This document shows, piece after piece, positions 1-9,219 of a stretch of DNA of 64,000 nt (positions are counted from its first letter, which is position 1; every line of letters starts with the position of its first letter). The DNA comes from a virus (lineage: Duplodnaviria > Heunggongvirae > Uroviricota > Caudoviricetes): positions 267,001-331,000 of IMG/VR virus record IMGVR_UViG_3300021387_000463; one strand, 5' to 3'. The notes beneath the pieces are model-generated. The model saw nothing but the letters and a program-made list of their open reading frames with translations, searched no databases and was not told the origin of the DNA. Made by a program: the position numbers and the translations under genes.

Positions 1-184
1 TAACACCAATATCATATTTTTCTGCTTTTGCCTTATTCAGTTCATCTAGAGAAATATCCAATAAATCAGCACATAATTGCTTTAACGGCAAAGCAAAATA
101 GATTCGTTCATAACCAAATCTCTCACATATTTTTGCTAGTTCAGTCTTCCCTGACCTAGCTCTGCCAGCAATACCGATTATCAT
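1..184 (-). CDS. Deoxynucleoside monophosphate kinase (T4 gp1-like), 3' end beyond the window
   Basis: Manual translation from ATG at 184: MIIGIAGRARSGKTELAKICERFGYERIYFALPLKQLCADLL. P-loop GxxxSGKT plus the FAxPLK motif typical of phage dNMP kinases. Confidence 0.75.
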   Translation of the reverse strand, partial: MIIGIAGRARSGKTELAKICERFGYERIYFALPLKQLCADLLDISLDELNKAKAEKYDIGV

Positions 185-186
185 AT

Positions 187-489
187 TTACTTATCTTCTA
201 ATGTCTTATTAATAATGTCAGTTAAATCCTTCAATGGCACATTTCCCATAAGTTTATAAATGACATCACCATTTTCATCAGCAAGAATGGTGGTTGGCAC
301 TGACCTAATATTGTATTTCTCCACCAATATCTCCCCATCTTCATCATTCTCAATGTCGATGGTCTTAAACTCAATACCCTTGTATTCCTCCATTTCAGAT
401 GCCTTTTTAAAAGTGTCAGCATACACACGGCAAGGCCCACACCAAGTGGCTGAAAATTTTATAACCGTTTTTGTCTTGTTCTCATTCAT
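187..489 (-). CDS. trxA: Thioredoxin
   Basis: WCGPC active site, cis-Pro motif SVPT, 100 aa. Confidence 0.92.
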   Translation of the reverse strand: MNENKTKTVIKFSATWCGPCRVYADTFKKASEMEEYKGIEFKTIDIENDEDGEILVEKYNIRSVPTTILADENGDVIYKLMGNVPLKDLTDIINKTLEDK

Positions 490-2273
490 TTCTTTTTATT
501 TTTTAATAAACTTGAGAAAGCATTGACCTTTCTCTTATTATTAGTAGTTGTTTTAAAATCTATTGTTGAACTAGTAAATATTTTCTTATCTATTTTTTTG
601 GCATTCGCAACAATTGTTTTTGCTGTTTCCTCATTGATGATAACCTTCGTAGTCTTACCCAACACTCTGTTTACTTGATATTCGATTCTCCTTAAGGTTG
701 CAATACTATTAACATTGGATGTATCGAATTTTTCAAAATCTTTCTCATCGATGAAACCCAATATGTTCTTTGCCCTCGTATAAGCCACGTACATAAGGTT
801 GTATTCTTGGCGAATCTCCCAATCCTTCTTAGCAGATTTGCTTGGCATCAATGATTCGCAAGCGATAAACACATTGTTGGCTTCCAATCCCTTTGCCTTG
901 TGGATGGTTGACAGAGAAATACCATCTTTCTTGTCTCTCTTTGGGAAAATCTCATCAATCTTCTCGATTATTTCCTCAGATGTGTTAATTCCTTCAGCAA
1001 GTATCTCAAGAGCGTTTATCATATCGATTTTATTCTGCAACTGAGGGGAATTTATCGCTGTCTCAGCATCAATACCGAACTTTTCCATCAACTTATTCCT
1101 AGAGACAAACAAATCATCATAAAGTCTTACAAATACGCCATCTTCTTTACAATCTGCATTCAGCTTTTCTTGTTTTGTGCTCTTAACAATCGCTTTGAGG
1201 TTGTTACCAATGTCTTTTCCCCTTATATATGCCTTTTTACCGAGTTTCAAGAACTCATTGTATATCTGTACCAGTGGCGCGTTATTCCTACACAGAATCA
1301 TATCACCATCTTTAACCATATCCAATGAAACATTCTTTACAATTTGACCATCTACTGCATTATCAGCAGCCTCAATTGTAGGCACTAATTTCTTGGCAAA
1401 ATCAACAATATTCTTACCGCATCTGTACGAGATACTTAATGGAAGACACTTTGTGTTTGGAATTGATTTGAGGGCATTAAACGATTCTGGGTCACCCCCA
1501 CTGAATGCATAGAGCATTTGCTGGGAATCTCCAACCGATATCATTCTTGTGCCCATTTTGAAGCATTTAAGCACCAACTCCCTTTCTGCCTTATTCATAT
1601 CTTGACACTCGTCAACCATTATAAAGTCATATAAGAGTCCTAGAGGCTTTAAAAAGAGTACGTTAGGCAACCATACCATGTCGGTGTAATCAATCGTTTC
1701 TAGGGCATTTTTACCCCATTCCATGACTTGCAAGGCAACCTCCTTTTCATCTGCGATTGTGTCGATTCCATATCTATCCTCTATAAAGTCCAAATCCTTT
1801 ACTGTTTGACAAAGATAGTATCTTCCAAAGTCAACATACTTCTTGATATTGTCGAGGTATCTGAAATATTCCCTACCCCTTAACGTAAACAAGTTGATTG
1901 ATGTGTATTCTCTGATATTGTTCTTGATGTGAGAATCATATTTGAATGGTTCTGGAATTGCACTCACTTGTGGTATGTTTTTCTTTATGAACAGCAACCC
2001 AAGTCCATGAAGGGTTCTAACATCAACGTTTTCCTTGTCCTTTGTTTTCTTCTTTAGTTCATTTACAATATCTGTGTTGAAAGCAGTTAGTAACACCTTA
2101 CTATTCTCAGGAATGAAATCCAAGCACTTAACGAGTGTTGTAGATTTACCACTTCCAGCTGCTGCTTCAACTACTAGATGTCCTTGGTCGTGCTCAATCC
2201 AATCATAAATCGCCAATTGATATTTTGACCAAGGGTATTCTACTTTTTCAACTTCTTTCTTTTTTCTAGTCAT
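486..2273 (-). CDS. UvrD/Rep-like superfamily 1 DNA helicase
   Basis: Walker A AAAGSGKS, Walker B VDECQD, VGDSQQ, SYRC, STIHKAKGLE, YVAYTRAK. Confidence 0.92.
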   Translation of the reverse strand: MTRKKKEVEKVEYPWSKYQLAIYDWIEHDQGHLVVEAAAGSGKSTTLVKCLDFIPENSKVLLTAFNTDIVNELKKKTKDKENVDVRTLHGLGLLFIKKNIPQVSAIPEPFKYDSHIKNNIREYTSINLFTLRGREYFRYLDNIKKYVDFGRYYLCQTVKDLDFIEDRYGIDTIADEKEVALQVMEWGKNALETIDYTDMVWLPNVLFLKPLGLLYDFIMVDECQDMNKAERELVLKCFKMGTRMISVGDSQQMLYAFSGGDPESFNALKSIPNTKCLPLSISYRCGKNIVDFAKKLVPTIEAADNAVDGQIVKNVSLDMVKDGDMILCRNNAPLVQIYNEFLKLGKKAYIRGKDIGNNLKAIVKSTKQEKLNADCKEDGVFVRLYDDLFVSRNKLMEKFGIDAETAINSPQLQNKIDMINALEILAEGINTSEEIIEKIDEIFPKRDKKDGISLSTIHKAKGLEANNVFIACESLMPSKSAKKDWEIRQEYNLMYVAYTRAKNILGFIDEKDFEKFDTSNVNSIATLRRIEYQVNRVLGKTTKVIINEETAKTIVANAKKIDKKIFTSSTIDFKTTTNNKRKVNAFSSLLKNKKK

Positions 2274-2287
2274 TTAACATCTTTTTG

Positions 2288-2319
2288 CAAAGATATATAA
2301 AAAATGTTAGAAAAACAAA
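2288..2319 (-). promoter_or_regulatory. Bacteroidota sigma-A promoter (early)
   Basis: Minus strand TTTG (2319-2316), 20-nt spacer, TATCTTTG (2295-2288), just upstream of the helicase. Confidence 0.8.
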
Positions 2320-2355
2320 AAAGTGGGGAAGATTTTTTGTTCTACCCCACTTTTT
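2317..2355 (-). terminator. Rho-independent terminator
   Basis: aagtgggg...ccccactt hairpin flanked by A and T tracts, downstream of 2374..3240. Confidence 0.7.
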
Positions 2356-2373
2356 ATTTGGATTATTTACCTT

Positions 2374-3240
2374 TTAGCTCTCTTCTTCAAGACCACCGAG
2401 GAAGTTCTTCACGTATGAACGGAACTGAGGATTCTTCTTGTAGGTAGTCTTCATCTTGTTGATGAAGTTGGCAACCTTTGGGTCATTCTCAAGTTCCTCA
2501 ATCTGAGCTTCCATCTGCTTCTGCTCGTTCTCTCTGCGTTTCACTGCTTGCATGCGCTTGTCCTTTTCCTCAAGGAATCTAACAAGTGATGCCTTTTGAG
2601 CATTCACAGTGTCAATCTCGCTGTCCCACAAGTGCTTATTGATAATCTTAACAAGTTCTTCACGTCCCATCAATGCGAAAGGAGAAGTATGAGTCTCCTC
2701 TTGACGTGGGCGTTCAGCGTGCGGTACAGGACGCTGTGGACGTGGCTGTGGCTCTCTATTAAGACCTAAATCACGCTCAACTTTTTCACGCAAGAAAGGA
2801 GGTAAGTTTTCTGGGTTAAAACCACGTGGAGACTTTGGCATACCATAAGGGTTGCGAGGAGGTCTTGGCATTCCCATTGGGGGACGAGTAAACGGACTTG
2901 GCTGTGGCTCACGTCTTTCCTCGTCTTCAAACTCAGGTTCTAGCTCACGCATTACATGAGGATTAACGTTGTTGTAGTCCACAAGCGGAGTCTCTTCAAT
3001 TGGCTTAATTTCAATAGCGAAGCCTAACACCATGAATACCTTAATCAAGGTCTCGATGCTGATGTTCTCACCGTTTCCGTCCAAGATGTCGTAAATCTCG
3101 TCAACATCTACACCAATAACGTCAGCAAGCTCCTCTGGAGAAGAATCGTTTTCGTTTAACAGATTCTCTACCTTTTCCATAATGTCAGCACTATATTGTT
3201 CAATCCAATTTTTAGCTGCGATTTCAAAATTTTTATCCAT
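2374..3240 (-). CDS. XRE-type HTH protein with Pro/Arg-rich linker and coiled-coil C-terminus
   Basis: SPEELADVIGVDVDEIYDILDG..NISIETLIKVFMVLG resembles an (unusually acidic) HTH_XRE. Confidence 0.55.
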   Translation of the reverse strand: MDKNFEIAAKNWIEQYSADIMEKVENLLNENDSSPEELADVIGVDVDEIYDILDGNGENISIETLIKVFMVLGFAIEIKPIEETPLVDYNNVNPHVMRELEPEFEDEERREPQPSPFTRPPMGMPRPPRNPYGMPKSPRGFNPENLPPFLREKVERDLGLNREPQPRPQRPVPHAERPRQEETHTSPFALMGREELVKIINKHLWDSEIDTVNAQKASLVRFLEEKDKRMQAVKRRENEQKQMEAQIEELENDPKVANFINKMKTTYKKNPQFRSYVKNFLGGLEEES

Positions 3241-3268
3241 TTTTACTTGTTTAAATTATTATACGATG

Positions 3269-3300
3269 CAAAGATATTAAAAAAAAGTGAAATAACCAAA
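3269..3300 (-). promoter_or_regulatory. Bacteroidota sigma-A promoter
   Basis: TTTG-N20-TATCTTTG on the minus strand. Confidence 0.8.
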
Positions 3301-3322
3301 TTTTTTAGCATTTTTTAAACTA

Positions 3323-4387
3323 TTATTCATCATATTTATGTGCTTGTTTTTTTAATGTGTCAAGAATCTTCTCAAAAATTGGTATGAGTATATCATATGC
3401 AATTGATTGATGATGATAAGGAGACAAATTAAATGTGGTACACGTACTTTTAAATGCACTTAAGAAATACACGTAGTTACAAGCGAGTTCCTTCATAGGT
3501 TCTATACTAGCACCTATACCATTATATAAGCAATGGTCAAAATCATCAACATATACATTGTCATATAAGATGCAGTGACTACCAAATATCAGATACATAT
3601 TCTTCCTAGCATCCTTTCCGATGTCTGAAAAATCAACACCATTTAAATCCCCAACACCAAACTGTAACGGATTTACTGTACTATAATCATTGAGATTATC
3701 ATCACTCTTTATAAAGTTCAAGGTAAAATCAAATGCTTCCTCTGGTTTAACTGGTCTATACCAAGCCCAATCATCTGAATATGTATTTTTGCCTACCTCT
3801 ACCATCTTATCATATATGGATTTATGTTCCATAATACAAACAAGTGATGCGTTATTGAATTCATACAAATTATCTTGGTACATTCTCTCCAAAAGCACTT
3901 GAACTTCATTGTTTGTGTCGTGCATTGTCATTTTCTTTGGCTCAAAGCCAAAAACCGTTTTCAGCATATTGATTCCCTTCTCATAATCTTCTACGGTTTC
4001 GTGGTGATACTTGTTTTCGTCCTTATCACCTTTTTTTATATCTTCTATGGCTTTTGTCATAGATTCAATCGAAAGCCCACTTTGGTCTGCCATAATATCA
4101 CAGAACTCATCAATTCCCATACCGACTTTCTCTCTAAAATACTGATGGTTGGCATCATCAACAACGTTCTCAATACCACCATAGTCGTTATATTTTCCAA
4201 AGAATGGCATAGCAACTGGTACTAGTCCACTAGATGTTATACCGATTGGCGTGTCATCCTTTCTATATTTGCTAGTATATGTGTCAGCACATACGAACAA
4301 TACAATCTCATCACCACAAGTGATTGGCAAGTGGCTGAAAAAACTTGTTTTGTTAAAACATCCCATATGCTTTTTTTCTAATTTCAA
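3323..4387 (-). CDS. Hypothetical phage protein (probable start MGCFN)
   Basis: 354-aa ORF; MGCFN..S.LPI..GD and G.YNDYG.IE motifs typical of phage hypotheticals. Confidence 0.6.
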   Translation of the reverse strand: MKLEKKHMGCFNKTSFFSHLPITCGDEIVLFVCADTYTSKYRKDDTPIGITSSGLVPVAMPFFGKYNDYGGIENVVDDANHQYFREKVGMGIDEFCDIMADQSGLSIESMTKAIEDIKKGDKDENKYHHETVEDYEKGINMLKTVFGFEPKKMTMHDTNNEVQVLLERMYQDNLYEFNNASLVCIMEHKSIYDKMVEVGKNTYSDDWAWYRPVKPEEAFDFTLNFIKSDDNLNDYSTVNPLQFGVGDLNGVDFSDIGKDARKNMYLIFGSHCILYDNVYVDDFDHCLYNGIGASIEPMKELACNYVYFLSAFKSTCTTFNLSPYHHQSIAYDILIPIFEKILDTLKKQAHKYDE

Positions 4388-5630
4388 TTAATAATTCATT
4401 AACAAACTCAACATCAATAGTTTCTTTGATTGTTGACTCTGCGATTGCCTTATCAAGAGCCTCCTTATCAGCATCCACCCTTGCCATAAGCTCATCATAC
4501 TCGAACTTGTGATTACGAATATTCATCAAGAACTCTCTATCCTCAGTACGATTTAGGATGATTCCACGACCCTCTGCGATTTCCTTACCCATGTGCATGA
4601 GACGAACACAATGCATCATGTTCTTTGAGTCATAGTTCTTGTCAAGGTTTGACTCATAACGCTTTGGGTTTCTGAATTTCTCCCAATCCTTGTACTCCTT
4701 GTACTTCTTGCAATGGTCTTTGAAACCACTCTCGTTGTAAACCATCCAACAGAGGGGAGTCTCACCTTTTGAAACAGATGAACCACGCATATCAGTTGAG
4801 GTCTCAAGACACATACCACGATAATGGATAATCTCATTGTGATTCTCGTACCAAGTTCTAAGCTGCTGCTTATTCTTGATACCGTAGAACTCCTTAATGA
4901 AAGCTCCAAGTTTGCGCTCCATTTCAGTAGTCCTACCATAACCAAACCAACCGAAGAGTATCAATCCAACTGGATTTGCTCCAAATGCAGCAAGCTCAAG
5001 CTTATCGTAGTTCATTCCATAATGGCTGAAATGAGCACCCCAATCGTAGTACACACCATAGGTATCGTGCATATTTGGGATATGTACGAGTCCACAGAAA
5101 TCCTTATTAAGCCCACGATTTGCAAGCCAATTACCAATCTTGGTACTACCTTGTTTATAGAATGTATAAGCAAAGTCAAACGGAGTAAGCCTCTCTGTAA
5201 CTGGATTAACTATCTTTTTGTTCAAGCCACGTGCCTTATGAATCTGCTCAATAGCATAAGATACGAATGGCTTAAAGCACTCCTTTGTGATGAATTGGTC
5301 TCTATTCTCGAATAGTGGCATGATAATGTCTGAAGGAGGTGTAATAACCTTATCCTCTGGGACAAACAAAGCCTCCAATACTGTTGGATTTGACTTCAAC
5401 AGCATGTTGCAGAACTTACCAACCTCATACCATGTGGTATCGTTTCTCTCATCAGAAACTTGGTCTGCATAATCCAATCCAAGACCCATTACTGCCTCCT
5501 TCGGAGCAATGAACACTGCACTAGTGTCAACGTCTGAGTCCTCGTTATTCAGTCCATAGAGGTGTGAACCACGAATATACTCATAGAGCAGTCTTTTATC
5601 GTCTGTAATTGTCTGAAAAGTATCTTTCAT
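4353..5630 (-). CDS. Pol-beta superfamily nucleotidyltransferase, RlaP/YcgL-like
   Basis: RGSHLYGLNNEDSDVD (GS...DxD), NPTVLEAL, YDSKNMMHCVRL. Confidence 0.8.
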   Translation of the reverse strand: MKDTFQTITDDKRLLYEYIRGSHLYGLNNEDSDVDTSAVFIAPKEAVMGLGLDYADQVSDERNDTTWYEVGKFCNMLLKSNPTVLEALFVPEDKVITPPSDIIMPLFENRDQFITKECFKPFVSYAIEQIHKARGLNKKIVNPVTERLTPFDFAYTFYKQGSTKIGNWLANRGLNKDFCGLVHIPNMHDTYGVYYDWGAHFSHYGMNYDKLELAAFGANPVGLILFGWFGYGRTTEMERKLGAFIKEFYGIKNKQQLRTWYENHNEIIHYRGMCLETSTDMRGSSVSKGETPLCWMVYNESGFKDHCKKYKEYKDWEKFRNPKRYESNLDKNYDSKNMMHCVRLMHMGKEIAEGRGIILNRTEDREFLMNIRNHKFEYDELMARVDADKEALDKAIAESTIKETIDVEFVNELLIEIRKKAYGMF

Positions 5631-5653
5631 TTCACTAAATGTATTTTATGATG

Positions 5654-5685
5654 CAAATATATGAAAAAAAATTGGATTAGCCAAA
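5654..5685 (-). promoter_or_regulatory. Bacteroidota sigma-A promoter
   Basis: TTTG-N20-TATATTTG on the minus strand, overlapping a terminator hairpin (5668-5700). Confidence 0.75.
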
Positions 5686-5709
5686 AACCAATCCAATTTT
5701 TAACTTTAT

Positions 5710-5856
5710 TTAAGGAATACGATGCCTATATTCCTCTTCAGCTATTTCAGCTTCTTCCTCACATTTTTCCATGAATGGACAATATGAATGCGTCCATGTG
5801 CAGTCGCAAAATGACAGCATATCTCCAAAGCAACTAGGTTTACTGACCAACTTCAT
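5710..5856 (-). CDS. Small Cys-rich protein (48 aa), not in ORF track
   Basis: MKLVSKPSCFGDMLSFCDCTWTHSYCPFMEKCEEEAEIAEEEYRHRIP; fills an operon gap. Confidence 0.55.
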   Translation of the reverse strand: MKLVSKPSCFGDMLSFCDCTWTHSYCPFMEKCEEEAEIAEEEYRHRIP

Positions 5857-5977
5857 TATTTACATTTTCGTTAGTGCCATTATCATACCAACATTTTACA
5901 TACCAAGAACAGCCACCACATTTACACTTCATGATGGTTGATTTCTTAAAGCAATTAGGATAAGTTATGATTCTCAT
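5840..5977 (-). CDS. Small Cys-rich protein (45 aa), not in ORF track
   Basis: MRIITYPNCFKKSTIMKCKCGGCSWYVKCWYDNGTNENVNNEVGQ; start overlaps the upstream stop (ATGA coupling). Confidence 0.55.
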   Translation of the reverse strand: MRIITYPNCFKKSTIMKCKCGGCSWYVKCWYDNGTNENVNNEVGQ

Positions 5978-6180
5978 TGTGGTATTTTTTGAATAGCATC
6001 GTTAGTTAAAGGTATCTTGCAGTCAAGATACCCTTTCATTCTGTTGTATAGTCTTATACTCAGTTGACCGTCCTTAACTGATACGTTTTTCTCAGTCCAA
6101 TGTCTATCAACCTCATACCTTGCAACAACGGTATCACCATCCATGACATTGACAATTCCATTTACTTCCTTATACTTCAT
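5974..6180 (-). CDS. Hypothetical protein
   Basis: 68-aa ORF translationally coupled to thg1 (ATGA overlap). Confidence 0.6.
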   Translation of the reverse strand: MKYKEVNGIVNVMDGDTVVARYEVDRHWTEKNVSVKDGQLSIRLYNRMKGYLDCKIPLTNDAIQKIPQ

Positions 6181-7004
6181 TCTTTGTCATCAAAAATAAT
6201 TCTAGATTCAACGTATGTACGCCCTTCTCCAGTTAGTATTGGCATTTCCTCATCAATAGTCCATTTACCATTTTCATCTTTAACAACCGCAGTTCCACGT
6301 TTTTCAACTGTTGTTAGATTATTCCAATTAATGCCATATTTTTCAAATAGCATATCTTGAACTTGTCTTGTATTCTTATGTTGAAGTTCTTTATTGGAAA
6401 ACATTGATTGACCTAAACCGTTTATGCTATTTCTTTCAGCATCTTTTTCACGCCAAAGGATGCAGTTGCAAACTTCTGAAATTGGAATATTGAAACATCT
6501 TGAATCAAATAATGCACCTTGTTCAATAGCCCTATTATATGATTTTAATAATTTGTTCACAGAATCCATTAATTCTTCACCATATGTTTTTACGTCAGTT
6601 AATACGCCATGATGCTTATTGGCGAATTCATGAATTTTTCTACGAAATATTCTATTAAAATATAATGTAGCCATTGCAGCAGATACTGAGCACATTTTTT
6701 CAACTTGATAATCATACCAAGCATCTGTGTTAATCGTGTTATAATCAACTAGCACAAGTGTTATTTCATCAGATTGTGTATATCCAAAAACACAACCTTG
6801 AATACTTTCACATAATGCAAGTGTTGTTTCTTGCATTGTTTCTATTAGTCGTTTGTCAAATGGCTTCACAAAACCTCTTGTGAATGTATGAAAATGACAT
6901 CCATCTAATCTGATAATAATTGGCATCCTTCTTACGAGATAAGTCTTAGCCCTATTCTCGTAATACTCTTTCATTCTATCTCCTAAACTATCTCTTTTAG
7001 CCAT
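6177..7004 (-). CDS. thg1: tRNA(His) guanylyltransferase Thg1-like (3'-5' polymerase)
   Basis: RMKEYYE, IIRLDGCHFHTFT..F.KPFD, GYTQSDEI, FDSRCF, WREKDAERNSI. Confidence 0.92.
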   Translation of the reverse strand: MAKRDSLGDRMKEYYENRAKTYLVRRMPIIIRLDGCHFHTFTRGFVKPFDKRLIETMQETTLALCESIQGCVFGYTQSDEITLVLVDYNTINTDAWYDYQVEKMCSVSAAMATLYFNRIFRRKIHEFANKHHGVLTDVKTYGEELMDSVNKLLKSYNRAIEQGALFDSRCFNIPISEVCNCILWREKDAERNSINGLGQSMFSNKELQHKNTRQVQDMLFEKYGINWNNLTTVEKRGTAVVKDENGKWTIDEEMPILTGEGRTYVESRIIFDDKE

Positions 7005-7060
7005 AACTTTAAAAAATTAAAAAGGTGAGTACTATCTCAATACCCACCTTTTTTTAGTAA

Positions 7061-7585
7061 TTAATAATCCCAATCAAAATCTTCATCGTTCCACCAATCG
7101 GTCTCACCGATGAGGTCAACTCCCATAGGTGGTGCTTCGTTCAGTCTTTTACGGATGGCTTCACATCTATGAATAGGAGCATCTGATTTCTTTTCTAGAC
7201 CACGAGCAATACAATCCTCTGCTGCTGAAACGTATTCATCAAACAATTGATGGTCGTACTCGAAATCCTCACGGTCATCATAGTCTGACCTTCTTGGTTC
7301 ATCAATGCAAGGGCCTTGATAACCAAAACGAAGATTTTCATCTGCTGGTTTGCCACTGATACCCCACTGTGGGATAGGTGCTGGTGGCATAAAGCTGTGA
7401 TTCTTGAACCTTGGAGGTGTCAAGTCACGCTCGAATGACTGAGGCTTCTCTCTGAAGCGACACTCAGTTTTGTGTTCACACTTCTTAATCTTGGGCTTAT
7501 CGAAAGCCTCTTCAATAAGAGAGGTGATTTCCTCCATCAAGCCTTTCATTGATGGAAAACCGATAACAAAAATTTTTGCTTCCAT
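7061..7585 (-). CDS. Hypothetical protein
   Basis: 174-aa ORF with its own promoter and terminator. Confidence 0.65.
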   Translation of the reverse strand: MEAKIFVIGFPSMKGLMEEITSLIEEAFDKPKIKKCEHKTECRFREKPQSFERDLTPPRFKNHSFMPPAPIPQWGISGKPADENLRFGYQGPCIDEPRRSDYDDREDFEYDHQLFDEYVSAAEDCIARGLEKKSDAPIHRCEAIRKRLNEAPPMGVDLIGETDWWNDEDFDWDY

Positions 7586-7637
7586 AACTCTAATTTGTTT
7601 TGTTTATTGTTCTGTCAAATTGAAAAGTTTGACATTG

Positions 7638-7669
7638 CAAAGATATAGTCTTTTTTTGTAATTTCCAAA
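7638..7669 (-). promoter_or_regulatory. Bacteroidota sigma-A promoter
   Basis: TTTG-N20-TATCTTTG. Confidence 0.8.
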
Positions 7670-7704
7670 TTTTATCGTAACTTTTTTTTTATTTTGTTAA
7701 CATT

Positions 7705-8193
7705 TCACCTTCTGCCTCCGAAATGTCCACCTCTAGTAGAACTTCTTGGTGGGTTATGTGGTCTATTACTCATTCCACCGCCATGATGATTTGGCCTTGA
7801 AGGAGGTCTATGCATGTTACCACCATGATTATTGTGATGTGGTCTTGGTGGTGCTGCATGAGGCCTGTGATGTGGCGCATTATGATGTGGCCTTGGATGT
7901 ATTCGGTCTCTTGGAATAGGCTTGTACCAATCATAGAAATGAGGTGATGGTAACACTCTTCTATACCTATGGAAATAGTAGTTGTTATTAACACAATAAG
8001 GATAATAGTACCATCCTCTGTAGAAATAGTACTCTATCATACCATTATAGATATATGGAGTACCATACGAAATAACCACTGTTGCATCAACTTCACCATC
8101 ATACATATCATCTTGTGCGCTGACTGTGGCTACGCAAGAGCTAAGACTTATTGACATTGCTAAAGTTACCAAAAAACTAAAAATCTTTTTCAT
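7705..8193 (-). CDS. Putative lipoprotein with Tyr-rich core and His/Pro/Arg/Gly-rich tail
   Basis: MKK, hydrophobic stretch, LSSC lipobox; low-complexity tail ending GGHFGGRR. Confidence 0.7.
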   Translation of the reverse strand: MKKIFSFLVTLAMSISLSSCVATVSAQDDMYDGEVDATVVISYGTPYIYNGMIEYYFYRGWYYYPYCVNNNYYFHRYRRVLPSPHFYDWYKPIPRDRIHPRPHHNAPHHRPHAAPPRPHHNNHGGNMHRPPSRPNHHGGGMSNRPHNPPRSSTRGGHFGGRR

Positions 8194-8221
8194 AAGCTAT
8201 CAAATTTTACTATAACTAGTG

Positions 8222-8253
8222 CAAAGATATTGGTTTATTTTCTAATTTCCAAG
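8222..8253 (-). promoter_or_regulatory. Bacteroidota sigma-A promoter
   Basis: CTTG-N20-TATCTTTG. Confidence 0.7.
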
Positions 8254-8289
8254 CAGCAATAACACATTTAGGGAATTTCCGTGCAATAT

Positions 8290-8625
8290 TTAGGGATTTC
8301 TCCCCTTGAGTATAGTTTTCCCTAATTTCTTATTATATAGGTAAAGACCTTTTTCTCTTAGTAAACTAGCCAACATGAGATATTCGGTAACAGTTATTGC
8401 TTTTGCCCTCATATCATCATTTATTGGTGTTGATTCTGTGCTCTTCTCATCATATGTTTGCCCATCTATAGTATTAACAACCAATTGATAGTGTATTTTT
8501 CTAGTTGCATCAAAATTCCTTCTATCTAGGTTATCGATGAGAACCCAATGACTTGTTTTTCTAAAATAGGTCTTCGGTGGGTCAAAATCGTTTGCTGAGA
8601 ATAATTCCATTTGTTTTGCTTCCAT
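8290..8625 (-). CDS. Hypothetical protein (start revised to MEAKQ)
   Basis: ATG at 8625 lies downstream of the promoter at 8630-8660. Confidence 0.6.
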   Translation of the reverse strand: MEAKQMELFSANDFDPPKTYFRKTSHWVLIDNLDRRNFDATRKIHYQLVVNTIDGQTYDEKSTESTPINDDMRAKAITVTEYLMLASLLREKGLYLYNKKLGKTILKGRNP

Positions 8626-8629
8626 AAGG

Positions 8630-8660
8630 CAAAGATATACAAAATATATGTAAAAGCAAA
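8630..8660 (-). promoter_or_regulatory. Bacteroidota sigma-A promoter
   Basis: TTTG-N19-TATCTTTG. Confidence 0.7.
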
Positions 8661-8694
8661 ATAACAAATGTTAAAAAAATAAAAAAATGGAGGC

Positions 8695-9132
8695 TCAATC
8701 GCCTCCATTGTAATATTTCATAACTTTCTTCAAGTAACCGTTTGTTCCTTTTATTGTGTATCCTAGGCCTCCGTTCCAGATTCGGATTGCCTTTTCAACG
8801 TCATTGGTCTTGTTGTAATAGCTTTGTACCATCACGAACATTTCCTTTGACTTCTTAACGTTATATCTGTCCGCTAGGGTATAACGTTTCTTAGATTTTT
8901 TGGCTTTGAGCCAAATGTTGCACTGTTTCACTAATCCTGGCGTTATCTGAAGTAACCCTGCACAATTACCATTTTTATTAAACGCTTTAGGATTTCCCTT
9001 ACTTTCCACCATAGCGATTGCATCAATGAGTTTGCTCCAATCGTATGATTCAGTTTTACTTTGTGCGTTTACAGTCAATGAAACCATCAACATAGCGCAC
9101 ACTAAAATAGTTTTCTTAATTTTTCTCATCAC
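8695..9132 (-). CDS. Lytic transglycosylase (SLT/lysozyme-like) with Sec signal peptide; candidate endolysin
   Basis: Signal peptide ending VNA|Q; AIAMVES (catalytic Glu), GLLQIT, IRIWNGG, YLKKV. Confidence 0.85.
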   Translation of the reverse strand: MMRKIKKTILVCAMLMVSLTVNAQSKTESYDWSKLIDAIAMVESKGNPKAFNKNGNCAGLLQITPGLVKQCNIWLKAKKSKKRYTLADRYNVKKSKEMFVMVQSYYNKTNDVEKAIRIWNGGLGYTIKGTNGYLKKVMKYYNGGD

Positions 9133-9219
9133 TTAAAATTTATTGCGAGGCTCGAATCAATTCCAATTGACCGATGTTAACGATGATATGTGAGAGCGAG
9201 TTACACCGTTTTTCTCCTC

